From an uncultured delta proteobacterium (GTDB lineage: Bacteria; Myxococcota; UBA727; VGSZ01), in the NCBI GenBank assembly GCA_963775425.1, contig CAVZJB010000011.1, positions 864,001 through 928,000 of the forward strand: DNA of 64,000 nt, given 5' to 3'. This document shows, piece by piece, positions 62,142-64,000 of this stretch (position 1 is its first letter; each line of letters starts with the position of its first letter). The notes below the pieces were generated by a model, which made no database searches, had not been told where the DNA came from, and saw nothing but the letters and a program-made list of their open reading frames with translations. The translations under genes and the position numbers were made by a program.

Positions 62142-64000
62142 CTACTTGGTGTCGAGGTGGGTCACGCCGTCGAAGCCCTCGGGGACGCCGTCGGCGAGGA
62201 AGCGCTTGCAGCGCTCGGTGTACAGGCGGGCGGCGCGGTCGTCGGCGTCGACGGTGAGGACCTCTTCGAAGCCCTTGAGCGCGTCGTCGAGCTTGCCGGC
62301 GCGGAAGCCGGCGAGGGCGGCGTCGAAGCCGGCTCGCGTGCGCTGCTTCAGCTCGCGATGCGGGTCGGCGTCGAGCACCTCGTAGATGGTGATGGGCTCG
62401 TGCTTGCCCTTGGCCACCACCCGGTCGACGTCGCGCAGGTCGAACGCCTCGGGCTCCTCGAGGCGCGCGCGCGTGTGCTCGCTGATGAGCATCAGCGCGC
62501 CGTAGATCTTGGTCATGCCCTCGACGCGGGCGGCGAGGTTGACCGCGTCGGCGATGACGCCGCAGTCGATGCGGTCGAGGCCGCCGATGGTGCCGAGCAT
62601 GATGCGGCCCGAGTTGATGCCCACGCCGATGGCGACCTTGGGCTCGCCGAGCTTGTGGTTCTCCTCGTTGAACTCCGCGAGGCGCCGCAGCATGTCGACG
62701 GCCGCGGCGACGGCGTCGTCGGCGCGCCTGTGGAACAGCGCCATGATGCCGTCGCCGAGGTACTGGTTCACGAAGCCGCCGTGCCCGTGGATGGCCGGCT
62801 CCATCATGCGCAGGTAGCGGTTGATGAACGTGAAGTTCTCACCGGGCGTGCGCCGCTCGCTCATCGTGGTGAAGCCGCGGATATCGCTGAACAACACGCT
62901 CATCTCGCGCTCTGCGTGGTCGCCGCGCTGGATGTCGACGAGGGTGTCCTTGCCGAGGATCTCGAGGAACTCGTAGGGCACGAAGCGCCGCGCGGCCGCG
63001 TTCATCTTTGCCAGGCGTAGGTGCGTGCGCAGGCGCGCCACCAGCTCGGTCTTGCTGAAGGGCTTGGTGATGTAGTCGTTGGCGCCGGCGCTCAGCCCTT
63101 CGACGATGTCCGCGGGTTGGGTCTTGGCGGTCAGCAGCACGATGGGGACATCGGTGCCCGGGAAGTCGTGGCGCACGCGCCGCGTGACCTCGTAGCCGCT
63201 CATGCGCGGCATCATGACGTCGAGGACGATGGCGTCGGGGAGGAAGCCCCCGGCCAGCGCCTCCAGCGCCTCCTTGCCGCTCGTGGCGCGGCGCACCTCG
63301 AAGCCCTGGAGCGAGAGGTGGTTTTCGAGGACCTGAAGGTTCACGGGCTCGTCGTCGACGATGAGCACGCGATAGCGGTCGTCGCCCGCGCGCTCGATGA
63401 CCTCGGCCTCGGCGGCGTCGGCGGCGCGGAGCTCCGCCCGGATGGGGTGCGGCGCAGAGACCTCGATCTCGCTCGTGCTCGGCGCGGACACGTCCGGCTG
63501 CCGCGGCGCTCGCGCGCGCGCCTCCTCCGCGGCGGCGCCGTCGGCGCGGGGCAGCGTGAAGGAGAACGTGGAGCCCTTGCCCGGCTCCGACGTCACGTAG
63601 ACCTCGCCGCCGTGGAGCTCGACGAGCTGCTTGGTGATGGCCAGGCCGAGGCCGGTGCCGCCGTACTCGCGCTCGATGGAGGAGTCCACCTGCTCGAAGC
63701 TCTTGAAGATGTCCTTGTGCTTCTCCGGCGGGATGCCGATGCCCGTGTCGACGATGGAGACCCGCACGCCGTCGCCCTCCACGACGGCGCGCACCGTCAC
63801 GGAGCCGACCTCGGTGAACTTCACGGCGTTGCCGACGAGGTTGTGCAGGATCTGCTGCATGCGGTTTTCGTCGGCGAGCACCGCGGGCAGCTCCTGCGAC
63901 ACCTCGTTTTCGAGCGTGAGCGACTTGCCGCGCACGAGGGGGCGGCTGACCGCGAGCACGACGTCGACGAGGCCGTGCAGGTGGAGCGGCTTGAGGCCGA
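62142..64000 (-). CDS. Hybrid histidine kinase - receiver - class III nucleotidyl cyclase (5'-truncated)
   Basis: NLVGNAVKFT, DTGIGI, GGTGLGL; VDDEPVN...DVMMP; FSDIRGFT, GDGIMA, VNLAARVE; runs off the window end. Confidence 0.92.
   Translation of the reverse strand, partial: GLKPLHLHGLVDVVLAVSRPLVRGKSLTLENEVSQELPAVLADENRMQQILHNLVGNAVKFTEVGSVTVRAVVEGDGVRVSIVDTGIGIPPEKHKDIFKSFEQVDSSIEREYGGTGLGLAITKQLVELHGGEVYVTSEPGKGSTFSFTLPRADGAAAEEARARAPRQPDVSAPSTSEIEVSAPHPIRAELRAADAAEAEVIERAGDDRYRVLIVDDEPVNLQVLENHLSLQGFEVRRATSGKEALEALAGGFLPDAIVLDVMMPRMSGYEVTRRVRHDFPGTDVPIVLLTAKTQPADIVEGLSAGANDYITKPFSKTELVARLRTHLRLAKMNAAARRFVPYEFLEILGKDTLVDIQRGDHAEREMSVLFSDIRGFTTMSERRTPGENFTFINRYLRMMEPAIHGHGGFVNQYLGDGIMALFHRRADDAVAAAVDMLRRLAEFNEENHKLGEPKVAIGVGINSGRIMLGTIGGLDRIDCGVIADAVNLAARVEGMTKIYGALMLISEHTRARLEEPEAFDLRDVDRVVAKGKHEPITIYEVLDADPHRELKQRTRAGFDAALAGFRAGKLDDALKGFEEVLTVDADDRAARLYTERCKRFLADGVPEGFDGVTHLDTK

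Overview
A very GC-rich (roughly 70-75% by eye) bacterial window with about 52 genes. Gene content points to Myxococcota or a related deltaproteobacterium: Ser/Thr kinases next to PEGA/TPR genes, Myxococcus-type Cys-rich repeats, a TIGR04563-like small protein and poly-(GE) lipoproteins. In order, the window holds a patatin (5'-truncated) and a DUF2723-type membrane glycosyltransferase, followed by secreted lipoproteins including a lytic-transglycosylase-like/LGFP/C39-peptidase chimera. Next come a Zn-uptake operon with a His-rich leader and no ATPase, a small mobile patch (frameshifted tyrosine recombinase, attC-like hairpin, truncated IS91 transposase) and PFOR with a DHOD-like partner. These are followed by a CxxCH/lipoprotein/DUF1501 triad, two kinase-envelope modules, a stand-alone cyclic-glucan-synthase C-terminal half, formaldehyde detoxification genes, ZIP and ABC transporters, and a decamer-repeat fibre protein. 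The window ends with a near-complete divergent heme cluster (hemDB / hemEACL-HK-RR-hemHF) and a truncated HK-REC-cyclase hybrid. The best leads are: (1) a Leptospira HemKR-like two-component system inside the heme cluster, with a TGACA-N6-TGACG box in the divergent promoter; (2) a lipoprotein carrying an actinophage-endolysin-like peptidase plus LGFP repeats, a possible predation enzyme; (3) a candidate metal-sensing stalling leader peptide. No rRNA, tRNA or CRISPR array was seen. All family assignments come from motif recognition by eye, and no database search was run.
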